DNA from: an uncultured Chloroflexia bacterium
GTDB lineage: Bacteria > Chloroflexota > Limnocylindria > Limnocylindrales > CSP1-4
DNA length: 64,000 nt
Direction of reading: 5' to 3'
Assembly: GCA_963806265.1 (NCBI GenBank)
Contig: CAWDXT010000006.1
Coordinates: 64,385-128,384 of the forward strand
Under the pieces are notes generated by a model that ran no database searches, was not told where the DNA came from, and saw only the letters and a list, made by a program, of their open reading frames with translations. The translations under genes were made by a program, and so were the position numbers. Below are positions 20,994-31,130 of the stretch, piece after piece. Each line of letters begins with the position of its first letter. Position 1 is the first letter of the stretch.

Positions 20994-23099
20994 CTAGGTG
21001 GCGCTGAGGTGGCCCTCCTCGGGCGGGATCATCTGGAGGCCTCGGGCCGGCCGCTCCTGCTCGGCATCGATCACGTGCATCACGGCGTTGATCAGGGCCA
21101 GGTGCGTGAACGCCTGCGGGTAGTTGCCGAGCTGGCGACCCGTCTCCGGGTCGAGCTCCTCGCCGTACAGCTGGAGCGGGCTCGAGAGGGCCAGGAGGCG
21201 CTCGCACAGGCGCCGACCGCGATCGAGCTCGCCGATCTGGATCAGGGCGGAGACGAGCCAGAACGAGCAGATCGTGAACGTCCCCTCGACCCCGGACATC
21301 CCGTCGTCGGTGTGCTCGGTGTGGTAGCGGATCACCAGCCCGTCGACCGTCAGCTCGTCGGCGATCGCGAGCACGGTGCTCCGGATCCGCTCGTCGTCCG
21401 CGGGCAGGAAGCCCAGCAGCGGCAGGAGCAGCAGCGAGGCGTCGAGCTCGGTCGTGTCGTAGTGCTGCGTGAACACGCCTCGCTCGTCCACACCGTGCTC
21501 GAGGATGTCGCTCCGGATCTCGTCGGCCACCTTGCGCCACCTGGCCGCGGTCTTCGCGTCGTCCCGGAGCTCGGCGAGCTTGACGCCGCGGTCCATCGCG
21601 ACCCAGCACATGACCTTGGACGAGGTGAAGTGCTGGGGCTCGCCGCGGATCTCCCAGATGCCCCGATCCGGCTCGCGCCAGTGGGCAGCGGCCTGCTCGA
21701 CCAGGGCGGACAGCATCTGCCAGATCTCGTCGTCCACCCGGTCGCGGGACGAGGTGTGGATGTAGACGGAGTCCAGGATCGCGCCCCACACATCGTGCTG
21801 CTTCTGGCGGTAGGCGGCGTTGCCGATCCGAACCGGTCGCGCACCGCCGTAGCCCTCAAGGTGGTCGAGCTCCCGCTCGGCGAGCTCGCGCTCGCCGCCG
21901 ACGCCATACATGACCTGGATGTCGCCCTGGTTCCCCGCCGCATCGGCCAGGAAGAAGAAGTAGTCGATCGCCTCCCAGTCGAGCCCCAGCGTGTACAGCC
22001 CCCACAGGGCGAACGTGGAGTCGCGGATCCAGCTGTAGCGGTAGTCCCAGTTGCGCTCACCGCCGGGCGCCTCCGGCAGCGACGTGGTGGCCGCCGCCGC
22101 GATCGCTCCGGTCGGCGCATAGGCGAGACCCTTGAGCGTGAGCGCAGATCGCTGCAGGTAGGACCGCCACGGATGGTCCGGGAAGTGGCCGCGCGCCAGC
22201 CAGTGCTGCCAGTGGTGCGCGGTCCACACCAGCCGGTCGTAGGCGTCCTTGGCCGTCGTGGGCGGCGTCCCGTCGCTCCAGGACAGGGCCACGAACCGCG
22301 TCTCGCCCGCCTTGATCAGCGTCCGCGCGATCGCCCGGGAGCCCTCGAAGCCGATGCGCATGTCGCTGGTGAGCGTGAGCTGCATGCCGTCACCCGAGCA
22401 CACGCCCTGGTGGTAGTCGTCTCCCGTGTACGTCCAGGCACCGCGGGAGCGTCCGTAGTCGAACACGGGCTCGCAGTCCATCGCCAGCTGCATCTCGCCA
22501 TTGAGGCAGCGCACGAACCGGACCATGACGTGCTCGGCGTCGTAATCGGTCGGTGCGCGCCGGTGATTGGAGTCGCGTCGATCCTCGTGGCGCCACGGGC
22601 CCATCAGCATCACGTCGCGCATCACGACCCAGCCGCCCGCGTTGCTGCCCCAGCTGGTCTCGAGCACCATCGTGCCCGGCAGGTAGCGTCGATCGGCCGG
22701 CACCGACATGTCGGCCGGGCCGAAGCGGAAACGCCCGGCGTCGCGATCGAGGATGGCCGAGAAGACGCTCGGCGAGTCGAACCTGGGCGCGCACATCCAC
22801 TCGACGGCACCGCTGCTGGCGACCAGCGCGCTTGCCTCTCCATCGGACAGGAACCCGTAGTCCCCGATGGGCGGGAAGACGGACGAGACCGGGATGTCGA
22901 GGCGGGACTCACCCGGGTACGCGCTGGTGTCCCCGTCACCCTCGGCGTCGTGCCTCGCGTTGGCCCCGTCGCTCGATTCGCGATCCTGCGCGCCGGAGCC
23001 GCTGTCCTCGTGCGCGGTTTCGGAGGACGAATGATCCGGCGCGTCGGCGCCATCGCCGTTCGCTCGCCCGGTTGTCCGCTGCTTGTGATCGGTCGTCAT
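20994..23099 (-). CDS. glycoside hydrolase family 15 (glucoamylase/trehalase-like)
   Basis: Intact. IGDYGFLSDGEASALV, NWDYRYSWIRDSTFALW, GNYPQAFTHLALINA. ATG 23099 has GGGAGG 5 nt upstream. Confidence 0.9.
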   Translation of the reverse strand: MTTDHKQRTTGRANGDGADAPDHSSSETAHEDSGSGAQDRESSDGANARHDAEGDGDTSAYPGESRLDIPVSSVFPPIGDYGFLSDGEASALVASSGAVEWMCAPRFDSPSVFSAILDRDAGRFRFGPADMSVPADRRYLPGTMVLETSWGSNAGGWVVMRDVMLMGPWRHEDRRDSNHRRAPTDYDAEHVMVRFVRCLNGEMQLAMDCEPVFDYGRSRGAWTYTGDDYHQGVCSGDGMQLTLTSDMRIGFEGSRAIARTLIKAGETRFVALSWSDGTPPTTAKDAYDRLVWTAHHWQHWLARGHFPDHPWRSYLQRSALTLKGLAYAPTGAIAAAATTSLPEAPGGERNWDYRYSWIRDSTFALWGLYTLGLDWEAIDYFFFLADAAGNQGDIQVMYGVGGERELAERELDHLEGYGGARPVRIGNAAYRQKQHDVWGAILDSVYIHTSSRDRVDDEIWQMLSALVEQAAAHWREPDRGIWEIRGEPQHFTSSKVMCWVAMDRGVKLAELRDDAKTAARWRKVADEIRSDILEHGVDERGVFTQHYDTTELDASLLLLPLLGFLPADDERIRSTVLAIADELTVDGLVIRYHTEHTDDGMSGVEGTFTICSFWLVSALIQIGELDRGRRLCERLLALSSPLQLYGEELDPETGRQLGNYPQAFTHLALINAVMHVIDAEQERPARGLQMIPPEEGHLSAT

Positions 23100-23199
23100 G
23101 TCGCCTCCCGGTGCCACACGAGTGTCTCACGATCTCGCGAATCAGCCCGCCCGGCGGCCATGGACCGACCGGCTGGAAGCGCGCTGTGGACGACGCCGG

Positions 23200-24465
23200 T
23201 CAACTCGGGGCGATGGCCTGCAGCTCGGCCACCAAGCGGTCGATCTCGGCCGCGGTGTTGTAGTGGGTCAGGCCGATCCGCACGACGCCGCCGGGCTCGA
23301 GCCCGAGCCGCTCGATCGGCCCCACGGCGTAGAAGTCGCCCCACCACGTCGCGATCCCTCGCGCGCCGAGCGTCGTGGACGCGGACTCCGACGAGACCCC
23401 ATCGATGGTGATCGCGGCCGTCGGCGTCCGCTGGTCGAAGCGAGCGCGATCCGCGATGCCCCACAGGCGGACGCCCGGCACCGACGCGAGACCATCCAGC
23501 AGCCGCCCGAACAACGGCATCTCGTAGGCCCGGATGGCCGCCATCCCCGCGTGGGCCTGAAGCCGGCGGCCGGTCATGCCCGCCAGCTCGAACGGCGCAA
23601 CGTAGCCGGCACCGTACCGCTCACCGATCTCCGCGATGTACTCGACCGCCGCCAGCGCGCCCGCAATCCCCTCGTGGTTGAGGGTGCCGGTCTCGAAGCG
23701 GTCGGCCGCGGGTCGGAGCTTGTAGCTCGGCAGCCGGTCGAGGACGTCGCGCTTGCCATACAGCGCGCCCAGGTGGGGACCGAAGAACTTGTACGCCGAG
23801 CAGGCGAGGAAGTCGGCATCCACCGCCCGGACGTCGATCGGGAGGTGCGGTGCGGCGTGGACCGCATCGACGAACGCGAGCGCCCCGGCCTCGTGCGCAC
23901 GACGGACGAGCTCCGCGACCGGGTTGATGGCGCCCACGGCGTTCGAGGCCCAGCCAAAGGCGACCAGCCTGGGTCGCCCGTGAAGCGCGGCATCGAACGA
24001 CTCCAGATCGAGCGTGACATCGTCGGTCCGGATGTCCACCGTCCGCACCGTGAGCCCGCGGTCGGCGGCTGCGCTGCGCCACGGGCCGACGTTGGCCTCG
24101 TGGTCGAGGCTCGTGACCACGATCTCGTCGCCCGCGGAGAGGCTCGCCGTGATCGAACGGGCGAGGTGCATGGTGAGGGTCGTCATGTTGGCGCCGAACT
24201 TGATCTCCGACGGGTCCTCGGCGTTGAGCAGATCGGCCAGGGCCAGGTGCGCTTCTGCGAGGACGGCGTCGCTGCGCCGGGAGGTCAGGAACGGTCCCTC
24301 GTGGTTCGCGTTGGAGGTTCGGTAGTAGCGCGCGACGGCGGCGATGACGGTGTCCGGCACCTGGGTTCCGCCGGGCCCGTCGAACAGCGCGATCGGACGC
24401 CCATCCTGCTCGATCGACAATGCTGGGAAGCGCTCGCGCAGCGCATCGACATCGAACTCGGCCAT
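23200..24465 (-). CDS. class V aminotransferase, cysteine desulfurase-like protein
   Basis: Intact. PLP-lysine context LACSAYKFFGPHLG, VTSLDHEANV, FDGPGGTQVP. ATG 24465 has GGAGGAG upstream. Confidence 0.85.
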   Translation of the reverse strand: MAEFDVDALRERFPALSIEQDGRPIALFDGPGGTQVPDTVIAAVARYYRTSNANHEGPFLTSRRSDAVLAEAHLALADLLNAEDPSEIKFGANMTTLTMHLARSITASLSAGDEIVVTSLDHEANVGPWRSAAADRGLTVRTVDIRTDDVTLDLESFDAALHGRPRLVAFGWASNAVGAINPVAELVRRAHEAGALAFVDAVHAAPHLPIDVRAVDADFLACSAYKFFGPHLGALYGKRDVLDRLPSYKLRPAADRFETGTLNHEGIAGALAAVEYIAEIGERYGAGYVAPFELAGMTGRRLQAHAGMAAIRAYEMPLFGRLLDGLASVPGVRLWGIADRARFDQRTPTAAITIDGVSSESASTTLGARGIATWWGDFYAVGPIERLGLEPGGVVRIGLTHYNTAAEIDRLVAELQAIAPS

Positions 24466-24547
24466 GGTGCTCCTCCGCATCCTCGGAGGTCGATCGTATC
24501 GTGAACCGCCTGCCCCGAAGCACACGCGGCGCGTCACTCGGTAGTTG

Positions 24548-24578
24548 CGTTGTCAACGATGCCGGGAGCAAGTAGGAT
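24548..24578 (+). promoter_or_regulatory. candidate sigma-A-type promoter with overlapping palindromic operator for the MarR gene (leaderless transcript)
   Basis: TTGTCA (24550-24555), a 17-nt spacer, then TAGGAT (24573-24578). ATG 24585 lies 7 nt downstream. The 11-bp palindrome CGTTGTCAACG (24548-24558) overlaps the -35. Located in the divergent spacer with the desulfurase-like gene. Confidence 0.45.
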
Positions 24579-24584
24579 GGCGAC

Positions 24585-25125
24585 ATGACGACCGAGCTGA
24601 CCACCGACCCGGTGCAGGCGCCCCGAGCCGCGCCTGCCGTGGCCGGGCGCGATGATCCGGCCCTCGGCGCCTGGCGGTCGTTCCTGCACGCGCACGCACG
24701 GCTCACGCGTCGCCTGGACGAGGAGCTGCGCGCCGAGCATGGGATGTCGCTGGCCGAGTACGACGCGCTCCTGCAGCTGGCCTCGGCGCCCCACCATCGG
24801 CTCCGGATGAGCGTCCTCGCGGACCGGGTCCTGCTGTCGCGAAGCGGGATCACCCGGCTGGTGGACCGGCTGGTGGCCGACGGCATGGTGGAGCGAACCG
24901 CATGCCGCACCGATGCGCGCGGTGCCGAGGCGACCCTCACGCGGGCGGGTCTCGGCCGCCTCCGCGGCGCCTCACGAACCCATCTCGACGGCGTCCAGCG
25001 CTACTTCCTCGATGTCGTTGACCCCGGCGACCAGGCCGTCCTGGAGCGAGCGCTGGGCGGTGTCATCGAGGGTCTCGACACGCAGCCAGGCGGGTGCTCC
25101 GAGCACCTGCGCCGACGACGCCTGA
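24585..25125 (+). CDS. MarR family transcriptional regulator (3' end uncertain)
   Basis: MSLAEYDALLQLASAPHHRLRMSVLADRVLLSRSGITRLVDRLVADGMVER is a winged-helix MarR core. The listed ORF runs on to 25553 with Arg/Pro-rich composition over the DUF72 gene. The true stop is probably near 25100-25125 in a neighbouring frame. Confidence 0.75.
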
Positions 25126-25153
25126 CCGACCGCCCGTCCGGCCCGCCGGGCGC

Positions 25154-25873
25154 GTGCTCGCCGGGACCAGCGGCTTCGCGTACCCCGGCTGGTCGCCCCG
25201 CTTCTACCCCGCCGGTCTGCGCGACCGGGAGCGTCTTGCGTTCTACGCGCAGCGGCTGCCCGCGTGCGAGCTCAACAACACGTTCTACGCACGACCCAAG
25301 GCCGACCGCATCCGCGCCTGGTGCGCCGCCGTCCCCGACGCGTTCCGGTTCGTCGTCAAGGCCCAGCGTGGCTCGAGCATCCGGGCGCTTCGCGCCGACC
25401 CGGTGGCCGCCGTCGCGTGGCTTACCGAGACGTTGCCCGAGTTCGGGGAGCGGCTGGGCGCGGTCCTGTTCCGGATCCCGTCCGAGATCGCCCGGGACGG
25501 CGAGGGGCTCGACGGGCTGCTCGCCAGCTGGCCTGCGACCATCCCGCTCGTGATCGAGGCCCAGCACCCGTCCTGGGAACGGGACGAGACGTTCGCGGCG
25601 CTACGCGCGGCGAGGGCCGTGCTGTGCACCACCGACCACGATGCGCTGGAGGTGGCCCCCGACATCCGCCGGACGGGACCGTTCCTGTACCTCCGGCTGC
25701 GCCGGTCGAGCTATGACGAGCAGGAGCTCGATGCCTGGGCACGGCGCCTGGTCCCGTTTGTCGATGACGGGCTCGACGCGTTCGTCATGTTCCGGCACGA
25801 CGCGGATGGCACCAGCGCGCTGCACGCGCAGACGTTCGGCGAACGTGTCGCACGGATCCGTGGCTCCGGCTGA
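25154..25873 (+). CDS. DUF72 domain-containing protein
   Basis: VLAGTSGFAYPGWSPRFYP, ELNNTFYA, FRFVVKAQ, FLYLRLRR. GTG 25154 chosen by family N-terminus; ORF-track start is 25094. Confidence 0.82.
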   Translation: MLAGTSGFAYPGWSPRFYPAGLRDRERLAFYAQRLPACELNNTFYARPKADRIRAWCAAVPDAFRFVVKAQRGSSIRALRADPVAAVAWLTETLPEFGERLGAVLFRIPSEIARDGEGLDGLLASWPATIPLVIEAQHPSWERDETFAALRAARAVLCTTDHDALEVAPDIRRTGPFLYLRLRRSSYDEQELDAWARRLVPFVDDGLDAFVMFRHDADGTSALHAQTFGERVARIRGSG

Positions 25874-25955
25874 ACGCCACCTCGGCCGCACAAGAAGCTC
25901 GGCCAGGGTGAAGGCGGCAACGTCGTCCGTGCCGGTACGCTAGCAGGCAGTCGAG

Positions 25956-27392
25956 ATGCAGCTTCTTAGCCAAGTTCCAGCTCGCGCCGCCACACTCGCT
26001 GTCTGCTGCGCCCTGATGGCGCTCGGCTGCGGATCCGCCAATCCAACGGCGAGCCCCTCCGCCGTCGCGACCGCGTCGGCATCGTCGACGCCTGCCGCGT
26101 CAGCAGCGTCTCCGTCGGAACCCTCGGCCGTCCCTCCGCCCCCGGCCGGCAACACGCACCCCGACCTGGCCAACGTCCGCGTGACAACCGAGACCGTCGC
26201 GAGCGGGCTCGCCGCGCCGCTGTGGGTGACGGCCGTCGCCGACGACTCCGGTCGACTGTTCGTCGCCGAGCAGGGCGGCCGGATCCGGATCGTGCAGGAT
26301 GGCAACCTCCTGCCCACGCCGTATCTCGACATCAGCGACCGGGTCCAGGCAGGTGGCGAGCGGGGCCTGCTGGGGGTGGCGTTTCCCCCGTCCTTCGGCG
26401 ACGAGCGATCCACGTTCTACGTTCACTACTCGGACCACGACGGCAACACGGTGGTGTCCTCGTTCGATGCGGGGTCGGGCGAGGCGGCCACGGTGGACCC
26501 CGCGACGGAGCGGGTCATCCTGACCCAGGACCAGCCCTACTCGAACCACAACGGCGGCTGGATCGGCTTCGACCCCGACGGCATGCTGCTGATCGCCCTC
26601 GGCGACGGTGGCTCTGGCGGCGATCCGGAGAACCGTGCCTCGGATCTCGGCACGCTGCTGGGCAAGATCCTGCGCATCGACGTGCTGGGTGCACCGTCCG
26701 GGACGCCGTACCTGATCCCGTCCGACAACCCGTTCGTGAGCACGGCAGGCGCCCGGCCCGAGGTCCTCCACTACGGGCTCCGAAACCCGTTCCGCGACAG
26801 CGTCGATCTCGAGACCGGTGCGCTGTGGATCGGCGACGTGGGCCAGAGCGCCTGGGAGGAGGTGGACGTCGCGCCGGCGGGAGCGCGGGGCCTGGACTTC
26901 GGGTGGCGCCGCTGGGAAGGCCTCCACTGCTACAACCCGTCCACGGGCTGCGATCCGACCGGGGTCACGATGCCGGTGGCGGAGTATGGCCACGACGTCG
27001 GCTGCTCGATCATCGGCGGTGTCGTCTACCGGGGCGACGGGATCCCGAGCCTCGATGGCGCGTACCTGTTCTCCGACTACTGCAGCGGCACGCTGTGGGC
27101 GATCGACGCGGCGGCGGACGGGCCCCAGACACCGACCGTCCTGCTCCAGACCGGGCGCAACATCAGCTCCATCGGCACCGACGATGCGGGCGAGGTCTAT
27201 CTCACCGACATCTCGGGCGGCGAGCTCCTGCGGCTGACGAACGCGGGGGCTGACGATCCCGCTGGCGAACGCGCGCTGCGGGCGGCCGGCTACCCGCCGG
27301 GCGTGGGCCGGGGTCAGGCGTCCAACGGATCGGGCGCGTCGGGATCGACGCCCAGCTCCCGGATGGCGGCGGCTGCCGCCTTCGCGTCATAG
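25956..27392 (+). CDS. PQQ-dependent sugar dehydrogenase paralogue, signal/lipoprotein-like N-terminus (3' end uncertain)
   Basis: AVCCALMALGCGS, then a Ser/Ala/Pro linker. Motifs SGRLFVAEQGGRIRIV, GERGLLGVAF, SNHNGGWIGFDPDGMLLIALGDGG, LRNPFRDSVD, GDVGQ. The last ~80 nt overlap the aceE 3' end and may be a read-through artefact. Confidence 0.85.
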   Translation: MQLLSQVPARAATLAVCCALMALGCGSANPTASPSAVATASASSTPAASAASPSEPSAVPPPPAGNTHPDLANVRVTTETVASGLAAPLWVTAVADDSGRLFVAEQGGRIRIVQDGNLLPTPYLDISDRVQAGGERGLLGVAFPPSFGDERSTFYVHYSDHDGNTVVSSFDAGSGEAATVDPATERVILTQDQPYSNHNGGWIGFDPDGMLLIALGDGGSGGDPENRASDLGTLLGKILRIDVLGAPSGTPYLIPSDNPFVSTAGARPEVLHYGLRNPFRDSVDLETGALWIGDVGQSAWEEVDVAPAGARGLDFGWRRWEGLHCYNPSTGCDPTGVTMPVAEYGHDVGCSIIGGVVYRGDGIPSLDGAYLFSDYCSGTLWAIDAAADGPQTPTVLLQTGRNISSIGTDDAGEVYLTDISGGELLRLTNAGADDPAGERALRAAGYPPGVGRGQASNGSGASGSTPSSRMAAAAAFAS

Positions 27393-30007
27393 TCGCCCGT
27401 TCGGGCCAGGCCGGCCAGCGCCGCCGCGGCAATGTGGGCGGCATCGATCTCGAAGAAGTCGCGCAGCGCCTCGCGGGTGTCGCTGCGTCCGAAGCCGTCG
27501 GTGCCGAGCACGATGTACGGCTCCGGCAGCCATCGGGCCACCATATCGGGCAGCTGCCGGATCCAGTCCGTGGCGACGACGATCGGGCCACCGTCAGGAC
27601 CCAGGACCTGCGACGACATACGGGACGCGCGGCTTCTGGTCCGGGTGCAGCCGGTTCCAGCGCTCGGCGGCATCGGCGTCGCGGCGCAGCTGCTGGAACG
27701 ACGTGGCCGAGTAGACCTCGGCCGCGATGCCGAACCGGTCGGCGAGCAGCGCCTGGGCCTCGATGACCTGCTGCAGGATCGATCCCGAGCCGACCAGCCG
27801 CACCTGGCCCTTCGGCTTCTTCACGCTGGCGCCGCCGCGAACCGGTACAGCCCGCGGAGGATCCCCTCGTCCACGCCGTCGGGCTTGGGCGCCTGGGGGT
27901 AGTTCTCGTTGTAGAGCGTGACGTAGTAGAAGACGTCCTCGCCGTCGCCGTACATCCGCTCGATCCCGTCGCGGACGATCGCGGCCAGCTCGTAGGCGTA
28001 GGCCGGGTCGTAGGCGCGCACGACGGGCACCGTCGAGGCCAGGACGTGGGTATGGCCGTCGTCGTGCTGGAGACCCTCGCCGGTGAGCGTGGTCCGGCCG
28101 GCCGTCGCGCCGATCATGAACCCGCGGCCCCGCGGGTCGCCGAATGCCCAGATCTGGTCGCCGGTGCGCTGGAAGCCGAACATCGAGTAGAAGATGTAGA
28201 ACGGGATCATCGGCTCGCCGCAGCGTCGCGTACGACGTGCCGGCCGCCTGGAACGAGGCCATCGACCCCGCCTCGTTGATCCCCTCCTCGAGCACCTGGC
28301 CGTCCACCGCCTCGCGGTACGAGAGCACCAGGTTCGAGTCGACCGGCTCGTAGCGCTGGCCGTGGGCGGCGTAGATGCCGACCTCGTTGAAGAGGGGGTC
28401 CATGCCGAACGTCCGCGCCTCGTCGGGGATGATCGGCACGATCCGCGGACCGAGCTCCGGGTCGCGGAGCAGGTTGCGCAGCAGGCGGGCGAAGGCCATC
28501 GTCGTCGACGCCGGGGTCGAGCTGCCCGGCCGCGAACTCGGCGTCGACCGTCGGCCTCCGGCGCCGGCAGCGGCGCCGAGCGGACGACCCGCCGCGGCAG
28601 CGAGCCGCCCGAGCGCCGCGCGGCGCTCGAGCAGGTAGCGGACCTCCTCCGAGTCCGGCCCGGGGTGGTAGTAGGGCGCGTCCTCGTGAGCTGCGCGTCG
28701 GGGATCGGCAGCTCGAGGCGGTCGCGGAAGACCTTGCAGCTCCTCCTCGCGCAGCTTCTTGGCCTGGTGGGTGATGTTGCGGGCCTCGACGCCGCGCCCG
28801 AGCGTCCAGCCCTTGACCGTCTTGGCCAGGATCACCGTCGGCGCGCCGCGTGTACTCGGTCGCCGCCTTGTAGGCCGCGTAGACCTTGCGGTAGTCGTGG
28901 CCGCCGCGGCGGAGCTGGCAGAGGTCGTCGTCGGTCAGGTGCTCGACCAGCCGCCGCAGCCGCGGATCGGGCCCGAAGAAGTGCTCGCGGACGTAGGCGC
29001 CCGCCGGCGACCGAGAACTTCTGGAACTCGCCGTCGACCGTGCTGTTCATCTTCTCGACCAGGACGCCGTCGACGTCGCGCGCGAGCAGCTCGTCCCACT
29101 CGCGGCCCCAGATCGACCTTGATCACGTTCCAGCCGGCGCCCCGGAAGAGGCCTTCCAGCTCCTGGATGATCTTGCCGTTGCCGCGGACCGGCCCGTCGA
29201 GGCGCTGGAGGTTGCAGTTGACGACGAAGGTCAGGTTGTCGAGGCCCTCGCGCGCCGCGAGGGCGATGCCGGCGATCGACTCGGGCTCGTCCATCTCGCC
29301 GTCGCCCAGGAAGGCCCACACGCGCTGCTGGCGCGGTGTCGCGGAGGCCCCGGTTCTGGAGGTAGCGGTTGAAGCGGGCCTGGTAGATCGGCCGCGAGCG
29401 GGCCGAGGCCCATCGAGACCGTCGGGAACTCCCAGAAGTCGGGCATCAGGCGCGGGTGCGGGTACGAGCTCAGGCCCGAGCCGCCCGATCTCGCGCCGGA
29501 AGTGGTCGAGTTGCTCCTCGGTCAGCCGGCCCTCGAGGAAGGCGCGAGCGTAGATCCCCGGCGCCGCGTGGCCCTGGAAGAAGACCTGGTCGCCGCCGCC
29601 CGGGTGATCCTTGCCGCGGAAGAAGTGGTTGAACCCGACCTCGTACAGGCTGGCTGCCGAGGCGTAGGTGGACAGGTGCCCGCCGATGCCCGGGAAGCGG
29701 ACGTTGGCCCGCAGCACCATCGCCACCGCGTTCCAGCGGATCAGGCGCCGGATCCGTCGCTCGAGGATCTCGTCGCCCGGGAAGGTCGGCTCCTGCTCGG
29801 GGCTGATCGTGTTGATATACCGCGTCTGCGCTCAGCGCCGGCAGACCGATCTGCCGCTGGCGCGCCCGCTTGAGCAGCTTGAACATCAGGAACCGGGCGC
29901 GGTTCTCCCCCTCCTGGTCCACGACCTGATCGAGCGACTCGATCCAGTCCCTGGTCTCGAACTCGTCGATATCGGGTAGCTGGCTGCTTGAACTCGTCGA
30001 GGTACAT
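27314..30007 (-). CDS. aceE: pyruvate dehydrogenase E1 component, homodimeric type; heavily frame-disrupted
   Basis: Collinear fragments spread over at least 8 minus-strand ORF pieces: MYLDEFKQ; [37 protein letters not shown]; [67 protein letters not shown]; [55 protein letters not shown]; [12 protein letters not shown]; [25 protein letters not shown]; [23 protein letters not shown]. Total span equals about 898 codons. Confidence 0.9.
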
Positions 30008-30136
30008 CTGGGCTCCGTGGACGCGTGGGCACCGGGCGTGCCCCAAGGGGAATGCCTACAGCGTAGCCCCGTTCCGCGTCCCGCGCGGCTCCAAGCGCGA
30101 CAGCGGTGCCGCGCGCTGCTGACTCCCAGCATGACC

Positions 30137-30213
30137 GCGGTGCCGGATGTCGCGGCGCCGAGGGCACCGGCGGTGCCGGATGTCGCGGCGCCGAGGGCAC
30201 TCGCGGTGCCGGA
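30137..30213. repeat. 33-bp tandem repeat, 2.3 copies, upstream of aceE
   Basis: GCGGTGCCGGATGTCGCGGCGCCGAGGGCACCG at 30137-30169 and 30170-30202 (2 mismatches), with a partial unit to 30213. Confidence 0.9.
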
Positions 30214-30236
30214 GGCTGGCGCGTCTCGGGCTTCTG

Positions 30237-30266
30237 CTTGCACCTGCAAGTGCTTGCCCCTGCAAG
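30237..30266. promoter_or_regulatory. two adjacent 14-bp inverted repeats (operator-like) upstream of aceE
   Basis: CTTGCAccTGCAAG (30237-30250) and CTTGCCccTGCAAG (30253-30266), centres 16 bp apart, about 230-260 bp upstream of the aceE start. Binding factor unknown. Confidence 0.35.
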
Positions 30267-30366
30267 CCGAGCGTGAGCACTGTCGCCGGACACGGCAGAC
30301 GCGATCCCCTGCCCGACGCGACTCCCTTGCCATCGTGCGCTCGTTCCACGCGAGGACGAGCGCGTC

Positions 30367-31020
30367 CTACGCCAGGACGAGCCCGTTCTCATCCGGAAGG
30401 TGGCCGGACCCGAGGGCGGCGAGCATCGATCGACCGTCGAGCGGCAGGAGCGGGTGCAGCGTAGCCCGGTGAAGCCGCAGAACGCGACGGTTCGATGCCG
30501 TGTCAGAGACAACGAGGATGAGCACGTCAACCGCGCCGTCCCGCAGCTTGAGGGCGAGCCGACGCCCGAGCGCCTGGACATCGCGGAGCCGCGTCTCCGC
30601 CTCGCATCCTGCTCGTCGACCGCCCATCGCGACCACTGCATCCCAGGCACGTCGATCCCCCGGGATCGGCATGGGCACCTCCGTCTGCCACCCGGCCTCC
30701 CGCGGTAGCCTCGCTCGGAACCGGGCCAGGAGCGCAAGGTGCGCTGCGTCGCGCGCAGGGTCAGCGTCGGGGTAGGTCCGAAGGACGAGACGGAGGCCCA
30801 GGGCCATTGCGGCGTGCGTCGCCTGATCGATCGTCATGGTGCGGTTCGCCGCTCGCTCGATGCGACCAAGCTGCGAGTGCGACATGCCCGCTGCCATCGC
30901 ACACGCCCGCTGGCTGAGGCCGGCATCGAGCCGCGCCTCCCTGACCTCGGATCCGAACCGGCGACGACTCTGCGCCGCTGCCTCGCGCGCCTCCCACCCC
31001 CGATCCCGCCGCGTGCTCAT
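30367..31020 (-). CDS. XRE-family helix-turn-helix protein with uncharacterised C-terminal domain
   Basis: HTH: LDAGLSQRACAMAAGMSHSQLGRIERAANRTMTIDQ. The C-terminal ~130 aa contain GDRRAWDAVV...CEAETRL...ILVVSD. Internal ATG 31020 chosen. Confidence 0.75.
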   Translation of the reverse strand: MSTRRDRGWEAREAAAQSRRRFGSEVREARLDAGLSQRACAMAAGMSHSQLGRIERAANRTMTIDQATHAAMALGLRLVLRTYPDADPARDAAHLALLARFRARLPREAGWQTEVPMPIPGDRRAWDAVVAMGGRRAGCEAETRLRDVQALGRRLALKLRDGAVDVLILVVSDTASNRRVLRLHRATLHPLLPLDGRSMLAALGSGHLPDENGLVLA

Positions 31021-31130
31021 GTCGCGAGCATGCCCGCATGCCCTTACGTGCGACTTGCCTCCGTTCGGAACGGACCCTCCTCGTCGGCCACCGATAGTTG
31101 GCATGCCAGCCTCCCGAGCGGCTTGATACC

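Noticed and set aside
21009-23411. 800-aa plus-strand ORF antisense to the GH15 gene
   Set aside because: Same reasoning: the GH15 protein on the minus strand is intact and family-typical, and the + ORF is Arg/Pro/Gly-rich.
27314-27392. 79-bp convergent overlap of the sugar dehydrogenase paralogue with the aceE 3' end as a real antisense overlap
   Set aside because: The paralogue at 19671-20960 ends soon after the equivalent of GGELLRLTNAG. The extra Gly/Ser/Ala tail here is probably read-through caused by an indel or simply a late stop in GC-rich DNA.
27314-30007. Programmed ribosomal frameshifting or recoding to explain broken genes such as aceE
   Set aside because: There are too many switches per gene, in both directions. 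I noticed no recurring slippery motif or downstream structure. The breaks affect unrelated genes in contiguous patches. Indel error, or less likely decay, fits better.
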